From assembly GCA_965153355.1 (NCBI GenBank), contig OZ231126.1:43524001-43588000 (forward strand): DNA of 64,000 nt, given 5' to 3'. This stretch comes from Flaccisagitta enflata (lineage: Eukaryota). The first letter of the stretch is position 1, and each line of letters opens with the position of its first letter. Below are positions 15,281 to 28,521 of this stretch, piece after piece. The position numbers were made by a program, and so were the translations under genes. The notes under the pieces were generated by a model. It had not been told where the DNA came from. It searched no databases and saw only the letters and a program-made list of their open reading frames with translations.

Positions 15281-15742
15281 TAATTAAGGTTTAAAGAATG
15301 TTGACATAAGCAAAAACTTGTTTCACTGCAAGAGCTTAGGATTGATGTACTACCCTTTATTTCCACAATTTTTTAGGTCATGCGTTTTTTAAATTTTGAA
15401 GCAGAAGAAAAGACAAAAAATAATTGTTGACAGTTTCCTCGGTAAGCTCTTTTTGCGCTCTTTTTCTTCATTTTTTTTGGCAGACTTTTCTATGTAAAGT
15501 TTTCTTAAAAACTCATGGAAGAGCTATGTTTACCAGAAAAGTTGAGGCGCAGAATGCCATGGAAACCACCGGCAAAAACTATCTCCAATTATTGTGTTTT
15601 ACTATCTAGTTTTTATGATTTAGTACTGTCAAAAGTATTATTTTCCCCAAATTTTCTTTTTCTCTCTTTTTCCCCTTTTGATTTCCTTCCCCATCTCCAA
15701 ACCCTAAGATTTCTCAATAATATACAGGCCTGCAGTTGTTAT

Positions 15743-16058
15743 CAAGGCCAAGTAGGCCATGTAGGCCAACGATTCCTACTCTTTGAATGAATGTTTTCTG
15801 TGAATGAATGTTTTTTTATGAATGAATGTTTTTATGAATGAATGTTTTTTATTGAATGAATGTTATTTATGCATGAATAAATGATTTGATGAATGAATTA
15901 CTATATGTATGCTACTTTTACTGGGTTAAGCCCACTTTTCTGTTGAAAAAATACATGATTTTGATATTTTTGTTAAATGCGTTACTGACCAACCGACCAA
16001 CCAACCGACCAACCAACGGACACAGCCTGTTATAGAGATCCGAGGACGCATCTAGAAA
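15743..16058 (-). mobile_element. HINE-like family C element with internal gaatgaatgtttt repeats
   Basis: Ends tatagagatccgaggacgcatctaga (reverse complement of tagatgcgtcctc...ctctata); other end aaggccaagtaggcc stem-loop. Confidence 0.6.
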
Positions 16059-16213
16059 GAATTGAAGAGGGGAATGAAGATGAGAAATTAGGGAGATGAA
16101 CGAAAATCAAGAGAATGGAGGCGGGAGATGAGTCAGTGAGGTTTGATAAAGAAACGGCGTCGCGCTGCACTGTCAACGTACACGACTCCCAAATGGCGCA
16201 TAATTGCATAAGT

Positions 16214-16297
<84 letters not shown>

Positions 16298-17914
16298 TGT
16301 CTGGTTTCTTATGTTTCACTCTTTCACCTTTTGTCCTTTCTATGGCTTTGCTAATGCTTGTTCCCCTCGCGATTTTCTGTTACTTTGTAGGCTTTTCGCT
16401 GCTCGAACATTGAGTCTGTATTTCTGATCCGTTACATGCAAGATTGGAGCTAGCTGCATTATTTCTAGTCGAAAAAAAAAAATCGTTTAAGGTGTCCAAA
16501 AAAAAGTGAATCCCATACAAAATTTCATCAGGAATTCATTTTTTGGGGTTTCAGGGTCCTATGAGGGGGCTTTTAGAAACGCACCTAAAAAAACTGCTAA
16601 AAATGGCCATTTTTGGGTATTTTTGGTAAAAAAATCTGTATCTATCAGAGCCCAGCATCCAAAACTTGTAAGTGGGAACTCATCTTAATGTAAGAGACTA
16701 AAACAGAAAGAATTATGATGGTGGGTGTAGCTTGGGGTCCCCAAAAAGGCCCAAAAGGGGCCCGTAAATCAAGAAAATATAAGTTTTTTATTCATTACGC
16801 TCCCAAAAATGCTTGGATTCTCACAAAATTTGAAATGGAACTTCCTATGTTATGCAACTACCTTCATGCAAATTTTTGTGGCCTTTGATGAACAGCTTCA
16901 TAGGCTAAAATGACTCAAAAAACTAAAAATCGCCCTTCGAAAATCGCGTTTTTTAGTTTTTTCTCATGGAAATACTATTTTAAGGTCATGTAACCCAAAT
17001 ATTTTCTAATCAATGATATTTGCTACATTTGTAGAGATTCCAGAAAAAATTTCATCCCTTATTTCCCAAATGTCGCTGAGATATGACTGTCCGAAATGAT
17101 ATGGTAAACGCAAAAAAGTAAAAAAATCATCATTTTTTTATATTTCTTATAAAAATCTTTACCTAAATGAGATCTCCACATCTAAAATATTTAGGTGTGA
17201 ACTTTTCTTGATGTAATTTACTTATTAAGAAAGAATATTGATGGTGGCTGGTGCTTGGGCTCCACAAAATGGCCCAAAATGGCAAGTATAATCAAAATAT
17301 ATCAGTTTTTTATTCATGACAATCAAAAAAATGCTTGGATTCCCACAAAATTTCAAAAGTAGCTTTGTTTTACATGTAACTGCCTTCATGGAAAATTATG
17401 TAGCCTTTGATGAACAGGCTCATAAGCTAAAATGGCTAAAAAGTTAAAAATCGACCCCCCCCAAAAAAAAAATTGGGAAAACACTACTTTTAGGTCATTT
17501 AACCCAAATTTCTTTTAAGCAGTAATACTTGCAATATATTCATTGTAAAAATTTTTACCATCACAAGATCCCAACATCTAAAATATTTTAGATTTCTGGC
17601 CTTCAATCCTTTTTCAATGAACCTCCAAAAGATTTTTAGTTAGGTAAAAAGCAAAGGTAAGAAAAGCTAAGGTAAGAAGAACAAATGAACAAAAATCCCC
17701 TGTATTCTACAGGACTTTGTCCCCTTCAGGGCCGCTGCCCTGCCTCTAATTCTGATTTAGAACCATGCAAAACAGGGCATTGGGTATCGCTGACCACTTA
17801 TTGCAACCTGTTTATCACTGCCCCTGCCCATCTGCATGCAACTACAGTAGCCGTGTATCCAGCCTTGTTTTGGATGAATGGGTTCTGCCGACCAATTACA
17901 TAACAGTTATTGTT

Positions 17915-18220
17915 AAAAAAAGGCCAGATTCATGGCTGCGCATGTGGCACAAGTCGCGTGCAAATAGGCAGAGGCAGTGAAAAAAAAAAGGAAGGCAGGG
18001 TCACAACATGGTTGCAGACGGGTGGGCAGGGGCCTACAACCCCAATCCACCTTAACAAAACACTTAATCATACACTAAAATTTAAAAAAAAATTAGTTTT
18101 CCCACTTTTCAACTCAATCATGACAGACGGACCAATGGACTGATGGACCAACAGACAGACAGAAACACCAACAGACAGACGGACAAAGCCTCTTATACAG
18201 TTGCGTGTCTGCAAAAAAAA
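17915..18220 (-). mobile_element. HINE-like family A element nested in the foldback centre
   Basis: aggccagattcatggc..., gggtgggcagggg, (gacg/gaca)n tract, cttatacagttgcgtgtctgc end. Confidence 0.55.
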
Positions 18221-18454
18221 ATAAATAGGATGAAAATGACTCAAAAACAACTGTGTTAGCTAAGGAAACAATGTTTCAGATCTGACTGAGAAATGGAGCA
18301 AAGGACTGATGGACCGCAAGTCCAATTTATATATAGATGGGTGCACAAGACTTAAAAAAACACTTTCTTACTTTTTAGGCATCTTTTCATCAACCAACAT
18401 TTGAACACAAAAGAGATTTATTGCCAGAGTTTTGTTTCGAGCAGAAATCACTCT

Positions 18455-18640
18455 TTTTGGTCGCATGCAACGCGCCTCTACAGCTCACTATATTGGTCTG
18501 TAGGCTGGTTGGTTGGTACATCCTCTTTTTACTTTTCTGGTATTTTTCATGTTTTTTTGCTCTCTGAAATAACCTTCTTTGTCCCCTGTCCAACAGCAGG
18601 CATCTGGGCGTCTGGCCGTGTATCTGGCCTTGTTCTTTCA
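18455..18640 (+). mobile_element. HINE-like family A element nested in the foldback centre
   Basis: tttttggtcgcatgcaacgcgcctctac ... ggccgtgtatctggccttgtt. Confidence 0.6.
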
Positions 18641-18735
18641 AATCACCAACTCCCTCCCAACTCCCTCCCCCTTCTTACTGTCAATCTCTCGCTGTATCTC
18701 TGTCTCTGTCTTGCTGTAGCTCTCTCTGTCTCTCT

Positions 18736-18808
<73 letters not shown>

Positions 18809-20421
18809 ACTCATTGCCCCATATCACTTTCTTCCCTCCATCCCTCCCCTTTTTTCCCGAAAAATGTTTTTTGAGCCGCAGAACACAACTGTACCACTCG
18901 GCTAAAAAAAATGCATGTTTTTAGTCGCGTGCTCGCGACTCTACACCCAGCTTTGTCGGTCTGTTGGTCTGTTAGTCTGTCCGTCCGTCCATCCGTCACA
19001 TGTTATGCTATAATGTCAACTCTTAAGCCATTTCAAGTCATTTAAAGTCATTGATAGTTATTCCAAGTCATTCTAAGTCATTCTAAGTCATTTTAATTCA
19101 TTATTGGTCATTAGGGTCATTAAAATGGTTTTTTGGTTTTTTTTGTCATTTTAAGTCATTCTAAGTCATTTGAAGGGTTTTTTTTTTAACCTATGAAGCT
19201 GTTCATTACTGATTAAAAAAGAAGTCGATTAAAATGACCTAGAAATAATATTTTACTGAGAGAAAACTAAAAAAAAGACATTTTGGGTGCAATTTTTAGT
19301 TTTTTTAGCCGTTTTAGCCCATGAAGCTGTCCATTGAAGGCCACAAAATTTTGCATGAAGGTAGTTACATTACATAGGAAGTTAGTTTACAAATTTTTTT
19401 GAGCATCCAAGAATTTTTTGGATCGTCATAAATAAAAAACTTATATATTTTTGATTTACGGGCCCTTTTTTAACCTTTTTGGGGGGCTCCAAGCAACAGC
19501 CACCATCATGATTCTTTCTGATTCAGTCACTTTTATCAAGAAGAGTTCCCACATACTTATTTTAGATGCTGAGATCTCATTAAGGTAATGATTTTTATAA
19601 GAAATAAAAAAAAATGATGATTTTTTTACTTTTTCGTGTTTACCATATCATTTCGGACTGTCATATCTCAGCGACTTTTGGGAAATAAGGGATGAAATTT
19701 TTTCTGGAATCTCTACAGATGTAGCAAATATCATTGATTAGAAAATATTTGGGTTTCATAACCTTAAAATAGTGTTTCCATGAGAAAAAACTAAATAACG
19801 CGATTTTTTAAGGGCGATTTTTAGTTTTTTGAGTCATTTTAGCCTATGAAGCTGTTCATCAAAGGCCACAAAAATTTGCATGAAGGTAGTTGCATAACAT
19901 AGGAAGTTCCATTTCAAATTTTGTGAGAATCCAAGCATTTTTGGGAGCGTAATGAATAAAAAACTTATATTTTCTTGATTTACGGGCCCCTTTTGGGCCT
20001 TTTTGGGGACCCCAAGCTACACCTACCATCATGATTCTTTCTGTTTTAGTCTCTTACATTAAAATGAGTTCCCACGTACAAGTTTTGGGTGCTGGGTTCT
20101 CATAGTGGTAAATATTTTTACCAAAAATACCCAAAAATGACCATTTTTAGCAGTTTTTTTGGGTGCGTTTCTAAAAGCCCCCTCATAGGGCCCTGAAACC
20201 CCAAAAAATGAATTCCTTATGCAATTTTGTACAGGATTCACTTTTTTTTGGACACCTTAAACGATTTTTTTTTTTTTACAAGCTAGCTCCAATCTTGCAT
20301 GTAACGGTGATGATACATTTGCGAATTTTGCTTTTTTCGGTCTTTTGTGTAGGTTGTTTCCGGCCGTTTGTACCTGTGTGACGGACCATCGGTGTCTGTT
20401 TGACTACCAGTCTGTCTGTCC

Positions 20422-20462
<41 letters not shown>

Positions 20463-20846
20463 CCTCTCCCTCTCTCTCTCCTCTGTTTTTCTCACTGTGT
20501 GTGAGTCTCTCTCTGTGAATAACATCTCCCCTTCTCGTCCATTAAGGTCATTCTCCGCCTCGTTACGCTTTATTACTGTTTGCCCTTTTTGATGCCCTCC
20601 TCTCTGCCTGCATTTACATGCGTTAATCCTCGCGAGAGTCTAGTCTGTAAATCTCGCTACTTTGAACATGAGACTGATGAGTGTTTCTTCTACTTTTTAT
20701 GTGTGCATCCGCCGTAAAATTTGTTCGTAAATCCAATTTGCTTACTGATGCCTTACATCCCTTGTCGGGACCTATGATCCTATTTTCCCAATTTATAGAA
20801 TAAAGAAAGTCGTTCACGATACTTAGCGAGTTGACGATTTTTGATA

Positions 20847-21533
20847 CACTTGTTTTTTTTTATAAGCACGCTCCTTTTTTGGCTGAGGCTGAGCGTGCTA
20901 AGCAAAATCTCATATTTGAGGCTGAAATGTGCTTAAATGCGTGCTTATCATTTATGAGTAAGTAATTATCCTATTAAGTATAGAATACAGTAATGCATAG
21001 AGTATTGTATACTATAGAATACAGTATAGTATTGAATACAGTAATAAATGTATTTTGTATAAGAAAATATACCGCATCATTCATTGACGATGTGCTACTT
21101 TCATAGAAACCATGGGATGAGATTAAAATCATGGTTTTAAATTTCTTTAGATTTTTGGTGTTATTTAGTATCATGCCATATTTTTCTTTTGAGGTGGCCC
21201 TTGTTACAGCAATAGATTCATATTAACAATAGTATCTAAGCAATAATATTCTTAAATGTTATCAGAAATTAAATTATTTCTATCAGTATCAAAATCCTGA
21301 ATATACTGACAGACTGATATTATAGATGATTTCAAATTCTATCAAAATTTTCATTGGTTTTTGTGAAATTCCAATCAAAAATGTATAAAAATTAGCATGT
21401 TTTCGGAAAATCAACACAATTTTTTTCGAAATGAAAATCTCAGCCTAGAGCGTGCTTAGCAATGTGCTTGAATTTTCCCAATATCTGAGGCTGGGCGTGC
21501 TTATAAACGAGGTGCTTATAAAAAAAAAAAGTG
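20847..21533. mobile_element. MITE with TA target duplication (Tc1/mariner-type)
   Basis: ta|cacttgtttttttttataagcac ... gtgcttataaaaaaaaaaagtg|ta; TA at 20845-46 and 21534-35; AT-rich non-coding interior. Confidence 0.75.
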
Positions 21534-22495
21534 TAATCGTAATGTTATGAATCTGATTGACGAGTATGTGTGTTTATTCGTGTGTGATTGTAACCCGAAT
21601 GGTCTGTTGGTTAGTTTGAACCTTTAGAATGAGAAGAAAAGCTGAGCTAAACAATCGACTGCAATCGTGAATTTTTACTCTTTTTTTCATTTCAATTGTG
21701 CTCGATGCTCAGAAGAAAAACTATTGGAATTCGATTTTTAAAAAAAAGAAAATTCCACAGTGCAGTAAAGTGTAGAAAACGAATAGGAAAAGAGAAAAGG
21801 GAAAAGATAGGAGAAATCAAGAAGATAAAATTATCGAGGAGAAATGGTGGTTGCAATTTCTTTTTCCAATATCGTCGTTTGTACCCACTTTTTTTTTGTG
21901 CGGCTGCTGGAATCTATGACTGTTGAGACAACATTGCTAAATAAAACAAATAAGAACAGAAGGATGAGAGTCTTGAGATCTGTCACTGGTGCTTTCTCCG
22001 GACCCCTCACAACTATCCTTTATCAATGAAAATTCAACATTAAGTTATAGGAGGGTTTATCAGTCCATATATCCACCCTGAACCTGTTCATGTGTGTTTC
22101 TATGCCCTTCACAAATCTCGAAATTTATGGTATGATTTATATTGAGGCCTGTCATAAACTGTCAAAACTCAGGAGTCAAGACTCAGGATGTCATTTTACG
22201 CACACAAGTATAACTCCGAAATCATCGCCGCATTTAGTAATGGTCGTGTATCCGGCTTTGTTTTTCATTGTTTCTATTTCTATTGCTTTTGTGCTCGTTT
22301 AAAAGAGCATGAAACCGCAGTAGAGTGCTGCAACAAATGAGAAGAGAATCATCATATCGAATAATCGATAAATGCCATTTTTCCCTTGCTCGTTCCCTAT
22401 TTTTCTGCCTCCTCTTTACTTTTGTCTTTCTGGCTGTCTGTCCTTCTCTGTAAGTGACTCTGCTTCTGTCTTGAGACTGTCTGTACTTTTCCATT

Positions 22496-22526
<31 letters not shown>

Positions 22527-22586
22527 CATTCTCATACACATATGCTCCAACCTACCACACAAAAACCATGTCCCATACTCCCACAG

Positions 22587-22666
22587 GACTCGGCCCATTC
22601 AACAGTGAAGTCCCCGCGGTTTCGTCCCGGAGTTTGTCCCATCCTCTCTTCAGATTGGCACATAAG
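22587..22666 (+). CDS. PlexA: Plexin-A-like exon (Sema): (G)LGPFNSEVPAVSSRSLSHPLFRLAHK
   Basis: Acceptor ctcccacag|, donor |gtaaaa; 80 nt, phase 1 to 0; plexin motif EVPAVSSRSL. Confidence 0.92.
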
Positions 22667-23185
22667 GTAAAACCGGAACACAAGTTAGTTGACAAGTATC
22701 ATCTTGTTGAATTTTACTTGACTACTGGACGTCATGACAACTGCCCATGGACGTTGACGCTGATTACAGATAAGAAAGAAATAGACATGGCGCCGTGCGC
22801 CACAACCAGTGGCTAGTATTCACTTTATTTGGAATCTAAAAAAAAACATTTTTTCTAGTCTACGTACACTACAGTAGAGTACAGTCATGTATCTGATGAA
22901 TAATAATTGCGTTTTTCGATTCAAACCTTTTGAGTCAGCATTTCGAAATATTTTCACGTCAGCATAGTTATTAATAATTAATAATATTTAGGAAAGAAAA
23001 TCAGAAAATACCATGATTGTAAAAAAAAAACTTAGACAAATAAAGAAATCTAGAAAAAAAGATGAATTCACATGCTGCGTGAGAAAGATGTCTTTCATAG
23101 AGGGAATATTTGGACAATGGAAAACTAAATCAATCTGTAAATCATCTTACCAATGAATTCCCCACTTATTGGATGTTCCCTACAG

Positions 23186-23299
23186 GGAATATCGAGATCC
23201 ACGGAGTTTAAAGTCAACTCTCAACATCAGAACGAATTCAAAATTCAGTACAAATACGGATTTTACCACAAAGAATTCAGTTACTTCGTCACTGTTCAG
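23186..23299 (+). CDS. PlexA: Plexin-A-like exon (Sema): GISRSTEFKVNSQHQNEFKIQYKYGFYHKEFSYFVTVQ
   Basis: Acceptor ttccctacag|, donor |gttagt; 114 nt, phase 0 to 0; matches plexin Y.YGF....FSYF.T.Q; absent from the ORF track. Confidence 0.9.
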
Positions 23300-23358
23300 G
23301 TTAGTTGTGCTTCCAAGTTGTAACGAGAGTGATTATTGATTCCTCGACATTGAAATTG

Positions 23359-24162
23359 AAATTGAAAATTCATATTTAAGAAAAGTACCCCCGTTAGAAC
23401 AAGGCTGCGTCCGACCTTACATTCCACAACAAACCCGACCGGGCAACGATGCGTCTTGACTGTCTCTGTGTTTATTGAACATTAGCTTGTACCGAAATGA
23501 CAATAAACAATAAAACCAGAACTCCACAAGTAGTTCTTATTGTGGGGCTGTCTTGGGCTTCCGATGACACCACTTTTGATCTGAAAAAATTGCATCTTGC
23601 TGTCCGCGCCTTACCTTTAATTTTCCTTCACCCTATGGGAAACAAAAAATTTCAAAGTGCTTAAATCTCTGTTTTGACTGCAGATTTGAAATCTGCAGAA
23701 AAAACTGTTAATTGAAAGTGCTTTCCTTTTTTCAATATTCCAACTAGAAGGTGCTCAAAAAAAGTGTCAAAGTTTGCAAAACTTACCTTTCCTTTTTATT
23801 TATATGTAAAATTGCCGAACTTACCTTTTTTTATATCTTTAAGATGAATTTTGACTATGATCCCGAAGGAATATTGAAAAAAGGAAAGCACTTTCAATTA
23901 ACAGTTTTTTCTGCAGATTTCAAATCTGCAGTCAAAACAGAGATTTAAGCACTTTGAAATTTTTGGTTTCCCATAGGCTGAAGGAAAATTCAAGGTAAGG
24001 CGCGGACAGCAAGATGCAAATTTTCAGACATTGGACCAAAATTGAAAATCCATATTTAAGAAAAGTACCCCCGTTAGAACAAGGCTGCGTCCGACCTTAC
24101 ATTCCACAACAAACCCGACCGGGCAACGATGCGTCTTGACTGTCTCTGTGTTTATTGAACAT
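23359..24162. repeat. 124-bp direct repeat (23359-23482 / 24039-24162) bracketing a palindromic insert
   Basis: aaattgaaaat(t/c)catatttaagaaaagtacccccg...tttattgaacat occurs twice with one mismatch. Confidence 0.92.
23580..24028. mobile_element. Palindromic MITE-like segment with ~160-bp inverted arms
   Basis: 23580-23741 is the near-perfect reverse complement of 23868-24028 (gcatcttgctgtccgcgccttacc / ggtaaggcgcggacagcaagatgc). Confidence 0.8.
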
Positions 24163-27015
24163 GTGACATATATAGAGAGACAGATGGACAAACTGACAGA
24201 TGAAACGACAGAGTAGTAAAGGAGGCACTCAAAACATGTTTGTCGATCATTTAAATTCAGTGTAGGATCTCACCATGGCCAAAAACAGCCGAGAAATGTG
24301 GTTTTTGCACTGGCTTAATGGACGGACCAACCTTCGGATGGACCGACGGACGGACAGACCCTCTTATAGAGATGCGTTCCTGACGGACGTATCTAAAAAC
24401 ACAATGTTGCTTTGCCTCATTATGCTTGGAGACGATGCAGTCTCATCACAGAATGTTCAAACTTCTTCATCCTGCACCATTTTCGACTCCAGCGTTATTG
24501 ACTGACTGACTCCTTTAGCAACGCGTTGACACATCTAAAAACTCATTAATAAATGAATGAAAGCATTTGTGTATTCTAAATCTGCAATGAATTTATTAAC
24601 ACAGCCCAAAAGTGACTCGAATATTGAAAACAGAAGAAAAAAGTTTTTTTCCGGGAATTTAAATGACAAGAAACGAGAATGAAAAACCTAGTAAAAAGGA
24701 GAGGAAAAAAAACTTTGTACACATAGAAGGAAACAATGCAAAGCCCATGAATGAGAATTAGATGCCTTTCTATCATTTGTTTTTTGTTCTTTAATTTTTC
24801 ATTTTTTTTGTTGGGGGGGCGGGAGGGGGGATTCGGATGGAACATGGGTAAAAAGGGTTTAAAGAAAAGAGAATTTGAAGGAAGGAAAAAGAACAGAGGC
24901 GAAGATTGTAAGTAAATGAGAAGGAAAAAATGAAGGAACAGAAGAAGGGGGAGGAGGCGAGAGAAGGGTGGTGAGGGGGAAAGGGAGTGAAGATGAAGAA
25001 AGGCCAGAGTTTTGCCCCCTTTGTCGGTCCCCGTTTAAATTATTCTGATTCTTTTCATCAGAAATGAATTTTCCTCCGTCGTAGGAAAGGAAAAGGATCA
25101 TCGATGGAGACCCCAGCAGTTGGATATTAAAATGATATCAAGATGTTATCAAAATGAAGTTGAAAACCAATTTGAGTTAAACTTGCGGCAGTTTCTTTGT
25201 TTAACAGACAGTTTATAAAAAATAATTGTAGACAGCCTCTTTATCTAATAAGGTGACGATTTGTTTCTTGAATTGATGATGAGTGTGGCTAAAAACAGGA
25301 TTTTGAGGGGGCAAAAATCTTGAAACCAATCATTCAAAAATGGGAGTTTGCCACGGCAACAGCCTTTTGTAAACAGGAAAATGGAGCAACATAAGTCACG
25401 ATCACGATGATCCTCTTCCACATCCCCCTCCTTCAGAAAACAAATTGCGCCATCTAATAGGCGCTGTCACTGTTACAAAGCTGCGCATTGAACCGCATAC
25501 CAAAAAAACCTGCGCGCACGCGCGCTCGCACCCAAACTCAAATTACCAAAACGCGTACGTGCGTGCGTGCGTACGTGTGTGCGTACGTGCGCGCGCGCTT
25601 AAAGAAGGAACGTCACCCAATGAATATGCTAATCGTTATTATCCCGTCGCAGTCGACAGGTTATTAGCACTTTAACGACTTTCGACATCAACATTTCTGC
25701 ACTCTTAGTGGCAAATGTCTTGGCAAGAAGAGCTTGTCGTTTTTAAACCCTTTTTTAAGTCGCTTGATAACGTATCTATATAAGACTGTTATTCGATTGG
25801 TCCGTCGCGTCGGTCTGTCTACCAACTACGCCCTTGCTCAGTCGCACACAACCCAAGACCGGCATTTAAAGGCATATAAAAGACAGTGGGTGCATCCATA
25901 TATCCTAAATCCTTAAAAAAAACATTTGTTAAGACAAACGAAATGCAGTCTCCGCATAATAATGACGTTAGTACGGCAGGATCGTACTTCTTCCCTATGA
26001 ACAGAGAAGCTTGTTTCCTTTGATTTTAGACTTTGAAGCCATGATGCAAGGCTCAAGTTTCTCGCCCCATATTAAAGAAGGGCTTTGCGACAAGGAGACC
26101 AATTTACATTTTAGTAATGTTTTTTTGGCGCTCGCAATTTTTTTGTCGCCCCAAAATTGCAAAAGCGCCACCGCGCCTGTCTCGGCCTTTCGGCGTCTCC
26201 CAGTTTCGTACCTTCTCTTCTCCGTTTGCTCACCGTCCACATTTCTTCTTCTTCTTGTTCTCGTTCTTGTTCTTGTTCTTGTTCTAGTTCTTGTTCTTGT
26301 TCTTGTTCTTGTTCTTGTTCTCGTTCTTGCTCTTTCTCTTGTCCGTGTTCTTGTCCTTACTCTTGTTCTTTTTTTTCTTGCTCATCCTGCATTAAATCTT
26401 CTGTTCTTCAACATGTTACACGAATCCATTCCTTAACAAGCAGTTTCCATGTTACCATCGTCCTTCCACATCTCCTCTAACCGTCCTTGCCTTTATCTTC
26501 CACGAATTTTACGAATAATTTTGTCCCCGAGTCCACGTGGTGTTATTCTCCTCCTGCTTTCCTCCCTTTTTCCCTGTCGTCGTCACTCGGTCATGTTTCT
26601 CTTCATGTTTCCCTCTTCCTTATTCAATTCTCCTGCTCAAGCCAACCTCTGCGGGCCCTCACGGGACGTGTAGTACGAAGTGAACGAGCTTTGTCGGCCT
26701 GTTTCGTTTTTTTTTGTCGCGTGCATGCTGCTCTATGATTGTGTTCGTCTGTTCGTTGGTCTATCCGGCCGTCTTTTAGTCTGTTCGTAACTTTGTCTTT
26801 TGGGCTGCTATCCAATAATATTGCCATTTACGGATGGTGTTAGGATCACTGTCGCTACTCACCCGCACGCGATAAGGGTATTCGTTTATCCGGGCTTTTT
26901 TTTTCTCACATGCAGAATTGACGATGAGATTTTATATCCCAAGAGTGATTTTGATAACAGCTGTCGGCTGTATATGCTGTATGGATGGGATTGCAGAGTT
27001 TTGTTTGTTCTTTAA

Positions 27016-27510
<495 letters not shown>

Positions 27511-27594
27511 TAAAAGTTGTGTGGCCGTGGAAAAATTTGAGATGGGGTGGCGAAGATAATGGGAGAATTAGACCGACTCTACCAAGTTCATGTA

Positions 27595-28212
27595 ATGCTT
27601 TTCTCGATAGATTAGATAAGACATGGCTGACGAAAGTGTGGTGAAGAACTGAAGGTGGGTTGAAGCGCAGTTTATAAACATAATGTTTATGTCGATAGAT
27701 TAGAGAAGGAATGGCTTACACGAGTGAGTTAATGATGATGTAAAGGAAAATGCTTTAATTGATATATTGGAGCGGACGTAGGTAAGGTAAGGTGTGGTAA
27801 GGTAAGGTAAGGTAAAGTAAGGTGATGGTGAGATAATGGCAATGGTAAACTGGTCATAGAATGTTTTTGTTGGTTGGTTAGAGCAAACGTGGCTGCCAAG
27901 GTTAAGGTGAAGTTGGGATGATGGGCAATGCTTAACTGGTTATTTTATGCTTTGTTTGGTAGATTGGAGCAGACGTGGATATGGAAAAGGTGGGATAAAG
28001 AAGAGCAATGGTGAACTGGTTATATAATGCTTTTGTCGATAGATTAGAGCAGAAGTGGGTATGGTAAAGGTGGGATAAAGGGCAATGTTAAACTGCTTAT
28101 ATAATGCATTTGTTGATAGATTAGAGTAGACGTGGGTATGGTAAAGGTGGGGTAAAGGGCAATGGTAAACTGGTTATATAATGCTTTTGTCGATAGATTA
28201 GAGCAGACGTGG
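27595..28212 (+). repeat. ~77-bp tandem repeat, about 8 units, more degenerate toward the 5' end
   Basis: Recurring core aatgcttttgtcgatagattagagcagacgtgg; period about 77 nt in the last three units. Confidence 0.8.
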
Positions 28213-28335
28213 CTGCGCCTGAAAGCGCTTATGATATGATGCGCATCGAGCTTGAAAAGGAGAGGCAAAAGAGGTTTTACCTGTATGGTAGAGACTAGAG
28301 GCAGAATGAGGAAAGAGAGTTGGTAGTATTGGAAG

Positions 28336-28435
<100 letters not shown>

Positions 28436-28438
28436 ACA

Positions 28439-28521
<83 letters not shown>

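Larger units (their letters stand above)
16429..20307. mobile_element. 3.9-kb foldback-like non-autonomous DNA transposon with ~1.1-kb inverted arms and 4-bp TSD (TGAT)
   Basis: ccgttacatgcaagattggagctagct at 16429 is the reverse complement of agctagctccaatcttgcatgtaacgg ending 20307; arms ~16429-17600 and ~19190-20307 align in inverted orientation; TGAT at 16425-16428 and 20308-20311. Confidence 0.85.

Noticed and set aside
27595..28212. CRISPR-like array
   Set aside because: Eukaryotic intron, no cas genes, degenerate repeats and mutually homologous spacers.
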